Shown piece after piece: positions 18,349-27,683 of a DNA stretch of 64,000 nt. The notes under the pieces were generated by a model. The model was not told the DNA's origin, made no database searches, and was given only the letters and a program-made list of their open reading frames with translations. A program made the position numbers and the translations under genes. How positions within the stretch are numbered: position 1 is the stretch's first letter; the number at the start of each line of letters is the position of its first letter. The stretch comes from Nanobdellota archaeon. GTDB taxonomy: Archaea; Nanobdellota; Nanobdellia; Woesearchaeales; JBHPFW01. The stretch lies in assembly GCA_042571645.1 (NCBI GenBank), contig JBHPFW010000004.1:20430-84429 (forward strand), written 5' to 3'.

Positions 18349-21300
18349 ATGAGTAAGGAAAATGATGATGAGATTACTCTTGATCTAAGCAAGATTTTTG
18401 GTTTTTTAAAACCTAGCAAAAAACCAGAATCAGATGATTCAGAAAGCAAAAGCAAAGAAAGAGAGAGTAAAGAAAAAGAAAGTAAAAAACATCATACTAA
18501 AGAACATTCTGATGCTAATTCTGAAACTCATCATACAGAACACAAGAAAGAACATCATAAAGCAGAACATCATAAGGAACATAAAACAGAACACCATCAT
18601 AAAGCAGAGGAAAGCTCTCATTCTAAAAGTAAAAAAGAAGAGCAGGATGAAATTAGCATTGACATCCAAAGCATTAAAAAATTTCTAGTCAAACACAAAA
18701 CTTTGATTCTTTTGCTTATTCCTTTAATTTTTTCTTTATTCTTGAGAGTCCAAACTGCTGATTTGGGTGCTACAGATGTTTGGGCTGCAAATAGTGTTTA
18801 TGGGGGCATGAAGTCAAACATCGAAAAACAGATTAATCAACAATACCCTAATTTGCCTCCGCAGAGCAGAAGTGAACTTGTAAATGAGAATTTTGAAAAA
18901 CTAAAATCAGAGCATAAAGAAGAAATAAATCAGCAAATAAAACAAGCTTCTGATTATTACAAAAGCAGGTTTCAGGATGAAAATGGCGATCCTTATATTT
19001 TGGATTTAGATTCTTATTTTTGGATTAGATATGTTGAAAATATTGTTGAGAAAGGTTATCCTGCTGATGAAAAATTACCAGATGGAACTTATAGGGATAA
19101 TCACATGTGGGCACCAAAAGGAGTCAAGTATAATCCCTCTCTTCATCCCTGGTCTGGTGCTATATTCCATAAGATATGGAGCATATTTAATTCTAAAGCA
19201 ACTCCTATGAGGTCATTCTTTTTCATATCTTTGCCATTTGCATTATTAACTGTTTTGGGAGCATTTTTTATTGGAAGACGATTTGGTGGAGATTTAACTG
19301 GGTTCTTTGTGGGATTAATAATGTCAGTTCATCCAAGTTTACTTTCAAGAACACTCACTCCAGATACAGATGTCTACTCTATATTTTTCCCAGTTATGAT
19401 AGTATTATTTTTCCTGGAAGGCTTTGAAGCTGAAAATCTGAAAAAAGGCCTAATTTTTATGAGCATTGCAGGATTATTTTGCGGGCTTTACAGCTTTACT
19501 TGGGGTGGCTGGTGGTTTTTATTTGATTTGTTATTAGCTGCTCTAGGAATTGTATTGTTGCACAGAATAATTGAAGACATGTTTCATCAAAAGAAAAAAG
19601 GCCGCGGCTTTAAATTACCATTTGAGAAATTAAAAATCCCTATTATTCTTGGATTAGTATTTATTGTGTCATCAGCAATATTTGTTAGCATTTTTTTGGA
19701 GCCTTCAAGTTTGCAGAATGCATTAAGTGGGCCTTTAGGAAGATTACATATCAAGGATGCAGCTAAGGTATCTTACTGGCCAAATGTTTTTACAACAGTT
19801 GCAGAATTAAATCCCGCAAGTATCAAAACCGCGATTAATAATCTTGGCGGAAATTTCTTTTTTGGTCTTGCTTTATTGGGTGTGTTGTTTACTTTGCGTA
19901 AGAAAGAAGATGGAACTAGAGATATAAAATATGCCATAATTTTGATAATCTGGTTTGCAGGAACAATTTTCATGACAACAAAAGGAGTGAGGTTTTTGCT
20001 GTTAACAACTCCTGCTTTTTGTATTGCTCTTGGAATTTTCTTTGGCTCATTTTACAAGATTTTGGTTAAGTGGATATCTAAGTTGATTGATGCGAAAAAA
20101 GGATTAATTATAAGCGGTATTAAAGCAATATGCATATTGTTCTTTTTGCTTTTGCTTGGTTTTTCACCAATACCAAAATGCAATGAGCAAGGATGCAGTT
20201 TCATGGCTTTTGGGATGGCAGCACAGGCAAAAGCTTCAGTAAACGGTCGTGTTCCACTGATTAATGATGCCTGGGTTGAGAGCTTGCAGAACATAGATAC
20301 CATAGCAGCACCTGATGCAATAGTAAATTCATGGTGGGATTATGGGCATTGGTTCAAATATTGGGCAGATAGAGCAGTCACTTTTGATGGAGCTTCCCAG
20401 AACAGTCCTCCTGCTCATTGGGTAGGAAAAGTTTTGTCTACTGATAATGAAGATTTGGCAGTTGGCATTTTGAGAATGCTTGACTGTGGATCAAATGATG
20501 CTTATGATTATTTATTCAAGACTTTAAAAGTGCATCCTTTAGATGCTGTTGAAATTTTTAATGAGATACTTGTAGTGGATAGAGATGAAGCCAAAGAAAT
20601 CCTTAAAGATTGGGATATCTCTGATAAAGATATTGATAATATTTTGGAATTAAGTCATTGCGAGCCGCCTGAGAATTATTTTATCACTAGCCAGGATATG
20701 GTTGGGAAAGCTGGAGTCTGGGCCCATTTTGGAAATTGGAATTTTACTAAAGCATTTATATGGCAGAATACAAAAGGCAAAACTGCAGCAGAAGCTATTG
20801 ATTTAATTGTTGATGAATTAGGGTATTCCGAAGAAAAGGCAAATGATATTTATTATGAAGTGAGTGGTTTGATTGGTGAGGATCAGGCAAATGCTTGGAT
20901 TAGTCCTTGGCCTAATTTCTTATCTGCTACTTTGAGACCATGCAATTTAGAAAGTGATAATGAGACCTTGATCTGCAGGCACAATACCCAGATCAGCAGA
21001 GATTCAAGACAGTCTGTAAATTTGGACAGCATTGAAATAAATTTATCAGCACCTTCTGAATCTAAATTGAAATTTGTTGGAAGAGATAGGCAATCTGGTG
21101 TGGTTGTTGGTGAATCAGAAGGTAAACCTTCAGCAGTCATAATAATTAAGAATAATGAATTATTTGAGTATAAATCAAATGGAACAACTTTTGATTATGA
21201 TTTTGTTGTTATGCAAGGTTCTGATGGGAGTTATGGTTGTTTAGGTGCTCATCCTTTATTAGCTAAATCCTTATTTGCAAGGTTGTTTTATTTTAATGGG

Positions 21301-21660
21301 GCTGCCACAAAACATTTTGAACCTATTTCAGAAAAGCAAGCAATAAACGGAGAAAAGATAATTGTTTGGAAAGTTAATTGGGAAGGAATAGAAAAACCCA
21401 TTATAGAGGAAATAGAAGAAGACTCAGATACAGAATCTGATAATGAAATTGAATTGGTTGAACTGGAAGAAGAAACAGCAAGTAATGAAACAGATAGTGA
21501 GTCAGAGAGTGATGGAATCATTGCAGATACTGAAACCACAGAATTAAATGAATCCAATGATTCAGAAGATGATTTAGAAGATTCTGATAATGTGATAGAT
21601 AATGAAACATCTGAATCAGATATATCTTATGTTGGAAATGAATCAAATGAATCTAATTGA
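18349..21660 (+). CDS. aglB: archaeal oligosaccharyltransferase AglB (STT3 family) with N- and C-terminal low-complexity tails
   Basis: WWDYGHW motif and a multi-TM N-terminal half. Total length 1103 aa. Confidence 0.9.
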   Translation: MSKENDDEITLDLSKIFGFLKPSKKPESDDSESKSKERESKEKESKKHHTKEHSDANSETHHTEHKKEHHKAEHHKEHKTEHHHKAEESSHSKSKKEEQDEISIDIQSIKKFLVKHKTLILLLIPLIFSLFLRVQTADLGATDVWAANSVYGGMKSNIEKQINQQYPNLPPQSRSELVNENFEKLKSEHKEEINQQIKQASDYYKSRFQDENGDPYILDLDSYFWIRYVENIVEKGYPADEKLPDGTYRDNHMWAPKGVKYNPSLHPWSGAIFHKIWSIFNSKATPMRSFFFISLPFALLTVLGAFFIGRRFGGDLTGFFVGLIMSVHPSLLSRTLTPDTDVYSIFFPVMIVLFFLEGFEAENLKKGLIFMSIAGLFCGLYSFTWGGWWFLFDLLLAALGIVLLHRIIEDMFHQKKKGRGFKLPFEKLKIPIILGLVFIVSSAIFVSIFLEPSSLQNALSGPLGRLHIKDAAKVSYWPNVFTTVAELNPASIKTAINNLGGNFFFGLALLGVLFTLRKKEDGTRDIKYAIILIIWFAGTIFMTTKGVRFLLLTTPAFCIALGIFFGSFYKILVKWISKLIDAKKGLIISGIKAICILFFLLLLGFSPIPKCNEQGCSFMAFGMAAQAKASVNGRVPLINDAWVESLQNIDTIAAPDAIVNSWWDYGHWFKYWADRAVTFDGASQNSPPAHWVGKVLSTDNEDLAVGILRMLDCGSNDAYDYLFKTLKVHPLDAVEIFNEILVVDRDEAKEILKDWDISDKDIDNILELSHCEPPENYFITSQDMVGKAGVWAHFGNWNFTKAFIWQNTKGKTAAEAIDLIVDELGYSEEKANDIYYEVSGLIGEDQANAWISPWPNFLSATLRPCNLESDNETLICRHNTQISRDSRQSVNLDSIEINLSAPSESKLKFVGRDRQSGVVVGESEGKPSAVIIIKNNELFEYKSNGTTFDYDFVVMQGSDGSYGCLGAHPLLAKSLFARLFYFNGAATKHFEPISEKQAINGEKIIVWKVNWEGIEKPIIEEIEEDSDTESDNEIELVELEEETASNETDSESESDGIIADTETTELNESNDSEDDLEDSDNVIDNETSESDISYVGNESNESN

Positions 21661-21814
21661 TGTGGGAATTATGGGAGACTCTAAGGAAAAAATTCAAAGA
21701 GTTTTCTCTGGTGATGATGAGTATTATAGTGATGAAGAAGAATAAGAGTAATAATAATTCTGAATACCTGTATGGTATGATATATAAAATAAATATGAAC
21801 TAAATACTAAATAA

Positions 21815-23047
21815 CTATAACAAGCCTTTAATCATCATCTTCAATCCAAATAATGCTAGTTTTGGATTGGAAAAAATCATTCTTGGAACCATCTTTGTTA
21901 TATTATCTCTATCGATATTCTCAATTATATTCTTTGTTTTCTGTTTTTGGCAGAGAGTAAACATTTTTTCATAATCTTTTTTTGAGAACTTGTTCATCAT
22001 GGCTCTTATTCTTAGAGACATATTCAGTTCTCTTGCAACACCTTTTTTAATACACTGTTCATAATCAAGTGGCTTATTTCTTATTATTGCTTGTGAAAGG
22101 CACTTTGCTGCTCTAAAAGAGGGGATTATTCCTCCGTATGTTGTTGCTTTAACCTGTCCAGCAGCATCACCAAGAAGATAAACATGTTTTGAGTTATGTT
22201 TTGATCCAATTCTCTTATAGAGATTTTGTTTTGGATTATATATTGGAATTGGGCCTCCTTGAAAAAGATCTTTAGTCTGTTTTGAAATCCTTTTGGAGTT
22301 ACTTTTGGAATTATATATACTTAGATCTATGCTGCATTTTTCTTTTAGAAATCTAGAGAATTCTGAATAACCATTCTTTCTGCTGACTAAGCCTATTCTT
22401 GAAATGCTTTCAGATTCAGGCACAATCCACGCAAACTCGCCATGGTCAAGCCAGACTTTTATTGTGTCTTTGTCTGTTTGGTAGTTTGTGCGTATTTGAT
22501 ATCCAGGTATTATTCTTTGTTTTTTATAAACTCTATTGTGCCTGGCAACTGAAGATAAAGCCCCATCACAGCCAATAAGGTGTGAGTATGATTTTTTTAT
22601 TATTTTATTTTTATGAGGATTTTTTTTATCAACTTTTTCAACCTTTTTCAGTTCAATATAATTTTGTGTGTTTTTTAAGAATTTAGACCCTAAGTTGAAT
22701 TGAGCTCCTGCATCTTGAGCAAGTCCTTTAATATAATTGTCAAATTTATCTCTATGGACAATGTAGTCTGGGTTTTTAAGCTTAAAAACCACATTTTCGT
22801 TGTTTGGGCTAAATACCTCTATTTTTTTAATTCTATTAGCTACAATACCTCTTTTTGAACTATTTGAGCTATTAGGGCTGTTTTTGAGGTTTATAAACTT
22901 CTCAATACTTGATGTGAGAATGCCTGTACAGCTTATTGGAGTGCCTATTTTGTGCTTTGTGTCATAAACCTCAACAGAAATGCCCTCAGAGGCTAATAAA
23001 TAAGCCAGAAAGCTTCCTGCTGGTCCAGCACCTATAATCGTTTTCAT
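21815..23047 (-). CDS. geranylgeranyl reductase-family FAD-dependent oxidoreductase
   Basis: N-terminal IIGAGPAGSFLAYLLA FAD fingerprint, plus later LIGCDGA and LLGDAAG motifs. Confidence 0.8.
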   Translation of the reverse strand: MKTIIGAGPAGSFLAYLLASEGISVEVYDTKHKIGTPISCTGILTSSIEKFINLKNSPNSSNSSKRGIVANRIKKIEVFSPNNENVVFKLKNPDYIVHRDKFDNYIKGLAQDAGAQFNLGSKFLKNTQNYIELKKVEKVDKKNPHKNKIIKKSYSHLIGCDGALSSVARHNRVYKKQRIIPGYQIRTNYQTDKDTIKVWLDHGEFAWIVPESESISRIGLVSRKNGYSEFSRFLKEKCSIDLSIYNSKSNSKRISKQTKDLFQGGPIPIYNPKQNLYKRIGSKHNSKHVYLLGDAAGQVKATTYGGIIPSFRAAKCLSQAIIRNKPLDYEQCIKKGVARELNMSLRIRAMMNKFSKKDYEKMFTLCQKQKTKNIIENIDRDNITKMVPRMIFSNPKLALFGLKMMIKGLL

Positions 23048-23186
23048 CTGAGAATAAGTGTTTAGAGGCTATTTAAATTTCTTTTTAAGGATATGATTTT
23101 AAGGATGTTAAAACCCGAAAAAATCAAAAAGCATTTATAACTTAAAAATAGTCAACTTGTTTAATCACTTCAATATGCTAACTGCA

Positions 23187-23202
23187 ACGAAAGGTTTATA
23201 TA
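23187..23202 (+). promoter_or_regulatory. BRE/TATA promoter box (ACGAAAGGTTTATATA)
   Basis: Near-identical to the boxes at 25694, 52899(-) and 44647(-). The downstream gene has GGAGGT 8 nt before its ATG (23300). Confidence 0.5.
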
Positions 23203-23299
23203 TTAGGTGTAATTACTGAATGGCAACATAATTTAAAGATGTTTGGGGGTCGAATAAGGTTTTATTTTATACTCAAGACTCATTCGGAGGTAATTCAAG

Positions 23300-24670
23300 A
23301 TGATTAAAGGAAAAATGAGCGTTTTTAGCCTTTTAGCAGTGATTCTAATGGCTAGTTTTGCACAGTTCGTTCTCGCTGAGGATGAATATGGTTCTATAAC
23401 AGGAACACAACTTCCTGTGAAAGTGATAAAAGTCAAAATTAATGACAATCTAATCAGTTATGAAGGGGAATCCATAACAGAGTTCAAAAGAAAGAATGAA
23501 CTTGATATTATGGTGCAGGTTCAAGGCGAAGCCGATCTAGAAGATGTGGAAATAATTGCCATAGTTACTGGAGAGGAATATGAAGAAGTCTCTGAAACCT
23601 CTGAAACCTTCGATGTGACAAACAACACAATCTATACAAAGGATTTTACTCTTGAATTACCATCCTTCATGGAAACAGGTCATTATAAGCTAAGGCTTAT
23701 TGTGGCAGATAAGAATGGAATAGAGAGAGTATACAGATACAATATGGAGATTGCAGCTGAGAAGCACGATATCATAATTGAGGATGTTGCTCTAAATCCA
23801 GCATATGAAGTTAAATCTGGCAGATATCTTACAGGTGTTGTAAGAGTTGAAAATGTCGGAAAAAACGAGGAAGAGAGTGTAAAGATTTCTATTTCAGTTC
23901 CAGAGCTTGGTGTGAAAGCAATTGATTATATTGATGAGATTGATGCAGATGATGCAGAAAGTTCAGAGGAAATCTTCTTGAAGATACCTGATTGTGCAGA
24001 CCCAGGCAATTATGATGTTGAAGTAAGAGTTGATTACAACAGAAAGAAGGATCACGCAACTCAGATGCATTCAATAGAGGTTGTTGCTGATGAGACTTGT
24101 GAAGCAATACCTACTACAATTCCTTCAACACCAGCTACAACAACTCCTTCAGTACCTCAAACTCAAACTCCAAAAACAGTAATTACTGCAGGACCTGCAA
24201 CACAGCAAGTAACAGCAGGCGAAGGTGGAGTAATTTATCCAGTGACAATTCTTAACCAGGGCAGTTCAGCAAAGACATATGGCATAGCTGTTCAGGGAAC
24301 TCAGGATTGGGCTGAAGTAAGAGCATCTCCTGGTACATTGATAACAGTTGAACCAAATGGACAGGAAACTGTTTATCTTTATGTTGCTGCTAAAGAGGGT
24401 GCAGAAGGCACAAGAACATTCAGTGTTGATGTAAAGCTTGGCGAAGATATACTTGAGCAGATTTCATTAACATCTGTTGTTATTAGCGGAGATTCTACTG
24501 CTGGTGCATCAGGTAAATTCGTAAAAGGTCTTCAGGTTGCGATTGTAGTATTGTTCATAATCCTTGTGATTGTTGGATTGATACTATTGTTCACAAAGAT
24601 GAAAGGCGAAGGCGAAGATGAAGGCGATTTTTCATCTGATGAAAGTCTAAATGCTCAGACATATTATTAA
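23300..24670 (+). CDS. secreted surface protein with Ig/CARDB-like domains, a T/P linker and a C-terminal TM anchor
   Basis: The signal peptide is MSVFSLLAVILMASFAQFVLA. A PTTIPSTPATTTPSVPQTQTP linker follows. The C-terminal TM is VAIVVLFIILVIVGLILLF, followed by an acidic tail. Confidence 0.6.
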   Translation: MIKGKMSVFSLLAVILMASFAQFVLAEDEYGSITGTQLPVKVIKVKINDNLISYEGESITEFKRKNELDIMVQVQGEADLEDVEIIAIVTGEEYEEVSETSETFDVTNNTIYTKDFTLELPSFMETGHYKLRLIVADKNGIERVYRYNMEIAAEKHDIIIEDVALNPAYEVKSGRYLTGVVRVENVGKNEEESVKISISVPELGVKAIDYIDEIDADDAESSEEIFLKIPDCADPGNYDVEVRVDYNRKKDHATQMHSIEVVADETCEAIPTTIPSTPATTTPSVPQTQTPKTVITAGPATQQVTAGEGGVIYPVTILNQGSSAKTYGIAVQGTQDWAEVRASPGTLITVEPNGQETVYLYVAAKEGAEGTRTFSVDVKLGEDILEQISLTSVVISGDSTAGASGKFVKGLQVAIVVLFIILVIVGLILLFTKMKGEGEDEGDFSSDESLNAQTYY

Positions 24671-24737
24671 TTTTTTTTAATAATTTAATTTTAATTCTCG
24701 GTCTTCTCTTAGTGTTTAAAATATAGATGTGTTTAAA

Positions 24738-25658
24738 ATGACAAATAAAGTAACAACTACTGCATTATCATTATTATTAGCTTCTTATTTGAGTTCTTGT
24801 AATATTGTTAATATAAAAGCTGATTCTGATGTTAAGAATAGTGGGGGGTCTATTGCGGGCAGCCTCGAAAAAACATTGGATTTAGGAACTTCTTGGGAAA
24901 ATCTTGTTAATGGTTCAAAAGTTTATGAAATCAGAAATTATGTGCATTTTCAAGCGGAATTATCCGAAATGAGTGGGTCTGCTGATTCGGAAAATATGCG
25001 TTTTTCTGAAATAGGAGTTTTCAATAATAAATATCAGGGAACCTATGATGTGCTGATTAAATCTAGGTATGGTGCAAGAATGCACATTACTTATGGAAAA
25101 GATAGTGAAAAATTAACAAGAGTTGCTTATTGGGAGCCAAATGCAAGAGTGCCAACACAGATCATTCATGGAGATTATCATAACCAACCAGAGAAAATAA
25201 AGAGGCTTTTTGATGCATTGGGTGCAGGTCAAGATCAGGGTGTAATGTTTTCTGATGCTCGAGGATCATTAACTAATGTTGATGGTTGGTGCGAGGATGT
25301 TTTGGATTTAGGCAGTCATCCAGATGCTTCAAGAATTTTTTTTGATTTTGAAACTGGAATTGTGACAGTTGAATGTAAAACAAACGATTATGATGGTCTA
25401 GATAATGCAGTTGATTCAAATGCAGTGGGTTTTTATGATTTTGATAAAGGTCCTGTTTTGAATGTATCATCTCGACCAGGAGTTGTTCAGAAAACAATTG
25501 CTGATTTAGCTGGGAAATATGGTTCGGTTATGGGAGATAGTCATTTATCTAGATTTAATGGTTTTGTGTCTGCTATTGACAATAAGTTAAAAGAACAAGC
25601 CCCATTCAATAAAAGATATGACCGCAAACCTAGGACTTATGATAGAAATGGAAAATAA
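24738..25658 (+). CDS. putative lipoprotein, function unknown
   Basis: MTNKVTTTALSLLLASYLSSC has a lipobox-like LSSC. I prefer ATG 24738 to the track's GTG 24729. Confidence 0.5.
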   Translation: MTNKVTTTALSLLLASYLSSCNIVNIKADSDVKNSGGSIAGSLEKTLDLGTSWENLVNGSKVYEIRNYVHFQAELSEMSGSADSENMRFSEIGVFNNKYQGTYDVLIKSRYGARMHITYGKDSEKLTRVAYWEPNARVPTQIIHGDYHNQPEKIKRLFDALGAGQDQGVMFSDARGSLTNVDGWCEDVLDLGSHPDASRIFFDFETGIVTVECKTNDYDGLDNAVDSNAVGFYDFDKGPVLNVSSRPGVVQKTIADLAGKYGSVMGDSHLSRFNGFVSAIDNKLKEQAPFNKRYDRKPRTYDRNGK

Positions 25659-25693
25659 TTTCTTTTTAATTCTTCTTTGTTATCCCAAAGTAA

Positions 25694-25709
25694 CCGAAAG
25701 GTTTATATA
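25694..25709 (+). promoter_or_regulatory. BRE/TATA promoter box (CCGAAAGGTTTATATA) of the AbrB/RelE operon
   Basis: Exact consensus 16-mer, ending 33 nt before ATG 25742. Confidence 0.55.
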
Positions 25710-25713
25710 CTAG

Positions 25714-25729
25714 GTAAGATTAATCTTAC
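25714..25729. promoter_or_regulatory. 16 bp perfect palindrome, candidate antitoxin operator
   Basis: GTAAGATTAATCTTAC lies between the TATA box and the antitoxin start codon. Confidence 0.45.
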
Positions 25730-25741
25730 TTGGTTAGAAAT

Positions 25742-26008
25742 ATGGATATTGCTATAACTAAAATAAGCTCAAAAGGTCAAGTTGTGATTCCTGCAGAGCT
25801 AAGAGGGGACTTGCACGAAGGAGATAAACTTATTATTATTAAGAACAAGAAACAATTGGTTATGAAAAAAGCTAGTGACTTGGATATAAACTTAGCTGAG
25901 GACTTAGAATTTGCCAAAAGAACTGAAGAAGCATGGAAAAGTTATGAAAAAGGCGAGTTCAAAAGTATGGACTCTAAGGATTTCTTGAAAGCTCTAGACA
26001 AATGGTAA
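25742..26008 (+). CDS. AbrB/SpoVT/MazE-family antitoxin
   Basis: MDIAITKISSKGQVVIPAELR matches the swapped-hairpin (SpoVT-AbrB) signature. The track start at 25730 is a TTG, and I prefer ATG 25742. Confidence 0.75.
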   Translation: MDIAITKISSKGQVVIPAELRGDLHEGDKLIIIKNKKQLVMKKASDLDINLAEDLEFAKRTEEAWKSYEKGEFKSMDSKDFLKALDKW

Positions 26009-26250
26009 AAGTAGTTTTTCATCCTTCTTTTAAGAGATTAGTCTCTAAAATTAAAGATGCTTCTATGAAGGATAAGGTTAAAAAACAAATAACTAAGATG
26101 ATGGAGAATCCTGAATTAGGAAAACCAATGAAATTTGCTAGAAAAGGAACTCGTGAAGTTTATATTACACCATATAGATTATCATATATTTATTATAAAA
26201 AAGAAGATAAACTTATTTTTCTTGATTTGTATCATAAAGATGAACAGTAA
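26002..26250 (+). CDS. RelE/ParE-family toxin
   Basis: 82 aa and basic, with ...REVYITPYRLSYIYYKKEDKLIFLDLYHKDEQ typical of RelE-like toxins. ATGGTAA overlap with the antitoxin gene. Confidence 0.75.
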   Translation: MVKVVFHPSFKRLVSKIKDASMKDKVKKQITKMMENPELGKPMKFARKGTREVYITPYRLSYIYYKKEDKLIFLDLYHKDEQ

Positions 26251-26263
26251 TTTGTAATTTTAG

Positions 26264-27127
26264 TTACCTAAAAACAATAGCACCATAACCTACTGCATTC
26301 TCGTAATCTCCGACAATATCTCCAGAAGTATAGTAATTTAATAATTTAACATCTGCTTCTCCTTCCATTAATGATAATAGAAGTGCAGTTGGGTATTTAC
26401 CGCAGATAGTTGATTTATTATTCTTGCAGTATTTTAGAAATCCCAGGGGATTTGTTTTTGTTATGAATTCTATTGCATCTTTGTCCATCTTATAGAGGCT
26501 TTCTTTGATATTATAAACAAATGGCACATAGCCATAATTTGGGCCGTAATGAGTAAAGTCTGTGCTTACTATAAAACAAACATTCTTTCTATTTATAGCT
26601 TTCAAAGCTTTATTTATCTTTTCTGCAGTTGTTTCAAAATTATCATCACCTATGACCATAGGAACAATTTTTAGTTTACTTAGATGTTCTTTATTTTGCT
26701 GATAAATAAACTGAAGCCATGGCAATTGAACTTCAATTGAATGTTCTTGTGTAAAGAATTTTGCATTTTGGGTTATACCTGATTGCACCATTGCTTCAAC
26801 AAGTTCTTTATCACAACTTATCTTGCCAAGAGGAGTTTCCCAGTCATCCATCATAACAGCAGTATCTGCGCCTATATGAGAAGTTCCCAGTATGATGAAT
26901 GTATTCGGCATTTCTGATTCTGCTAATTCCTTATATGCCCAAGCTGCACAAGGTCCTGAATAAATAAATCCTGCATGAGGTACTATCAAAGCCTTAATTT
27001 TTCCAGATTGTTTTCTTAAAGGAACATCTCCAGGCCCAAGCTTGTGCTCAAAGCATTCTTTAAGTTGTTTTTTCAGCTGTTCAGGATCAGCTTCATAAAA
27101 CATCCCTGCTACAATAGGTTTTCTCAT
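26264..27127 (-). CDS. MEMO1-family protein (AmmeMemoRadiSam system protein B)
   Basis: Motifs PIVAGMFYEADP and VPHAGFIYSGPCAAWAY. Confidence 0.85.
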   Translation of the reverse strand: MRKPIVAGMFYEADPEQLKKQLKECFEHKLGPGDVPLRKQSGKIKALIVPHAGFIYSGPCAAWAYKELAESEMPNTFIILGTSHIGADTAVMMDDWETPLGKISCDKELVEAMVQSGITQNAKFFTQEHSIEVQLPWLQFIYQQNKEHLSKLKIVPMVIGDDNFETTAEKINKALKAINRKNVCFIVSTDFTHYGPNYGYVPFVYNIKESLYKMDKDAIEFITKTNPLGFLKYCKNNKSTICGKYPTALLLSLMEGEADVKLLNYYTSGDIVGDYENAVGYGAIVFR

Positions 27128-27202
27128 AAGAACAAATCCAGAATCAAGTTTTTATTAAGTTTGTTGTTTTTGGGCTATGTAGAAAATCGAAGTCACTGAC
27201 AA

Positions 27203-27523
27203 CTATCTCTTCTTTTTTCTAGAAGTCTTTTTTGGAGCTTTCTTAGTGGCTTTCTTCTTTGTTGCCTTTTTTTTGGCAGCACTTTCTTGAAGTTTACGGT
27301 GATGGCCATTAAGGTCTTCTCTGAGTAGTTTTGTTTCAAGTAATTGTTCTTTATTTATCTCTCTTAATACTTGGATTTCTTTAACTTGTTCCTTAATCAC
27401 GATTCCAAGCTCTTCTTTGATGCTTTCATTGCTGTCTGTTAGGATTACAATGAAAATAAGCAGCAACCATAAGAATATACAAATAATTAAATCCCAGCTG
27501 ACTCCAGGATTTCTCTTATACAT
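27203..27523 (-). CDS. small membrane protein with a coiled coil and a lysine-rich C-terminal tail
   Basis: The TM is LIICIFLWLLLIFIVIL and the tail is AAKKKATKKKATKKAPKKTSRKKKR. The reading frame stays open and hydrophobic upstream of the ATG (see findings). Confidence 0.5.
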   Translation of the reverse strand: MYKRNPGVSWDLIICIFLWLLLIFIVILTDSNESIKEELGIVIKEQVKEIQVLREINKEQLLETKLLREDLNGHHRKLQESAAKKKATKKKATKKAPKKTSRKKKR

Positions 27524-27683
27524 TAGATTTATGAAGTAGAATCCTACAATAGTAATGCCTATTCCTATAATAAGCAGAAGCTTTTCAAATAATGTTGATT
27601 TTCTGAACTCCAGCTGAAACCACCCCTTTTTAAATTAAATCGGAACTACTGCTTTATATATTTTTTCCTAGTTTTATACTTTT

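Noticed and set aside
18174-18455. 93 aa minus-strand ORF across hairpin A and the aglB start, plus alternative-frame ORFs 18434..18688 and 18439..18669 in the His-rich repeat
   Set aside because: These are artefacts of repeat or palindromic sequence, with no start context, and they overlap the aglB promoter and coding region.
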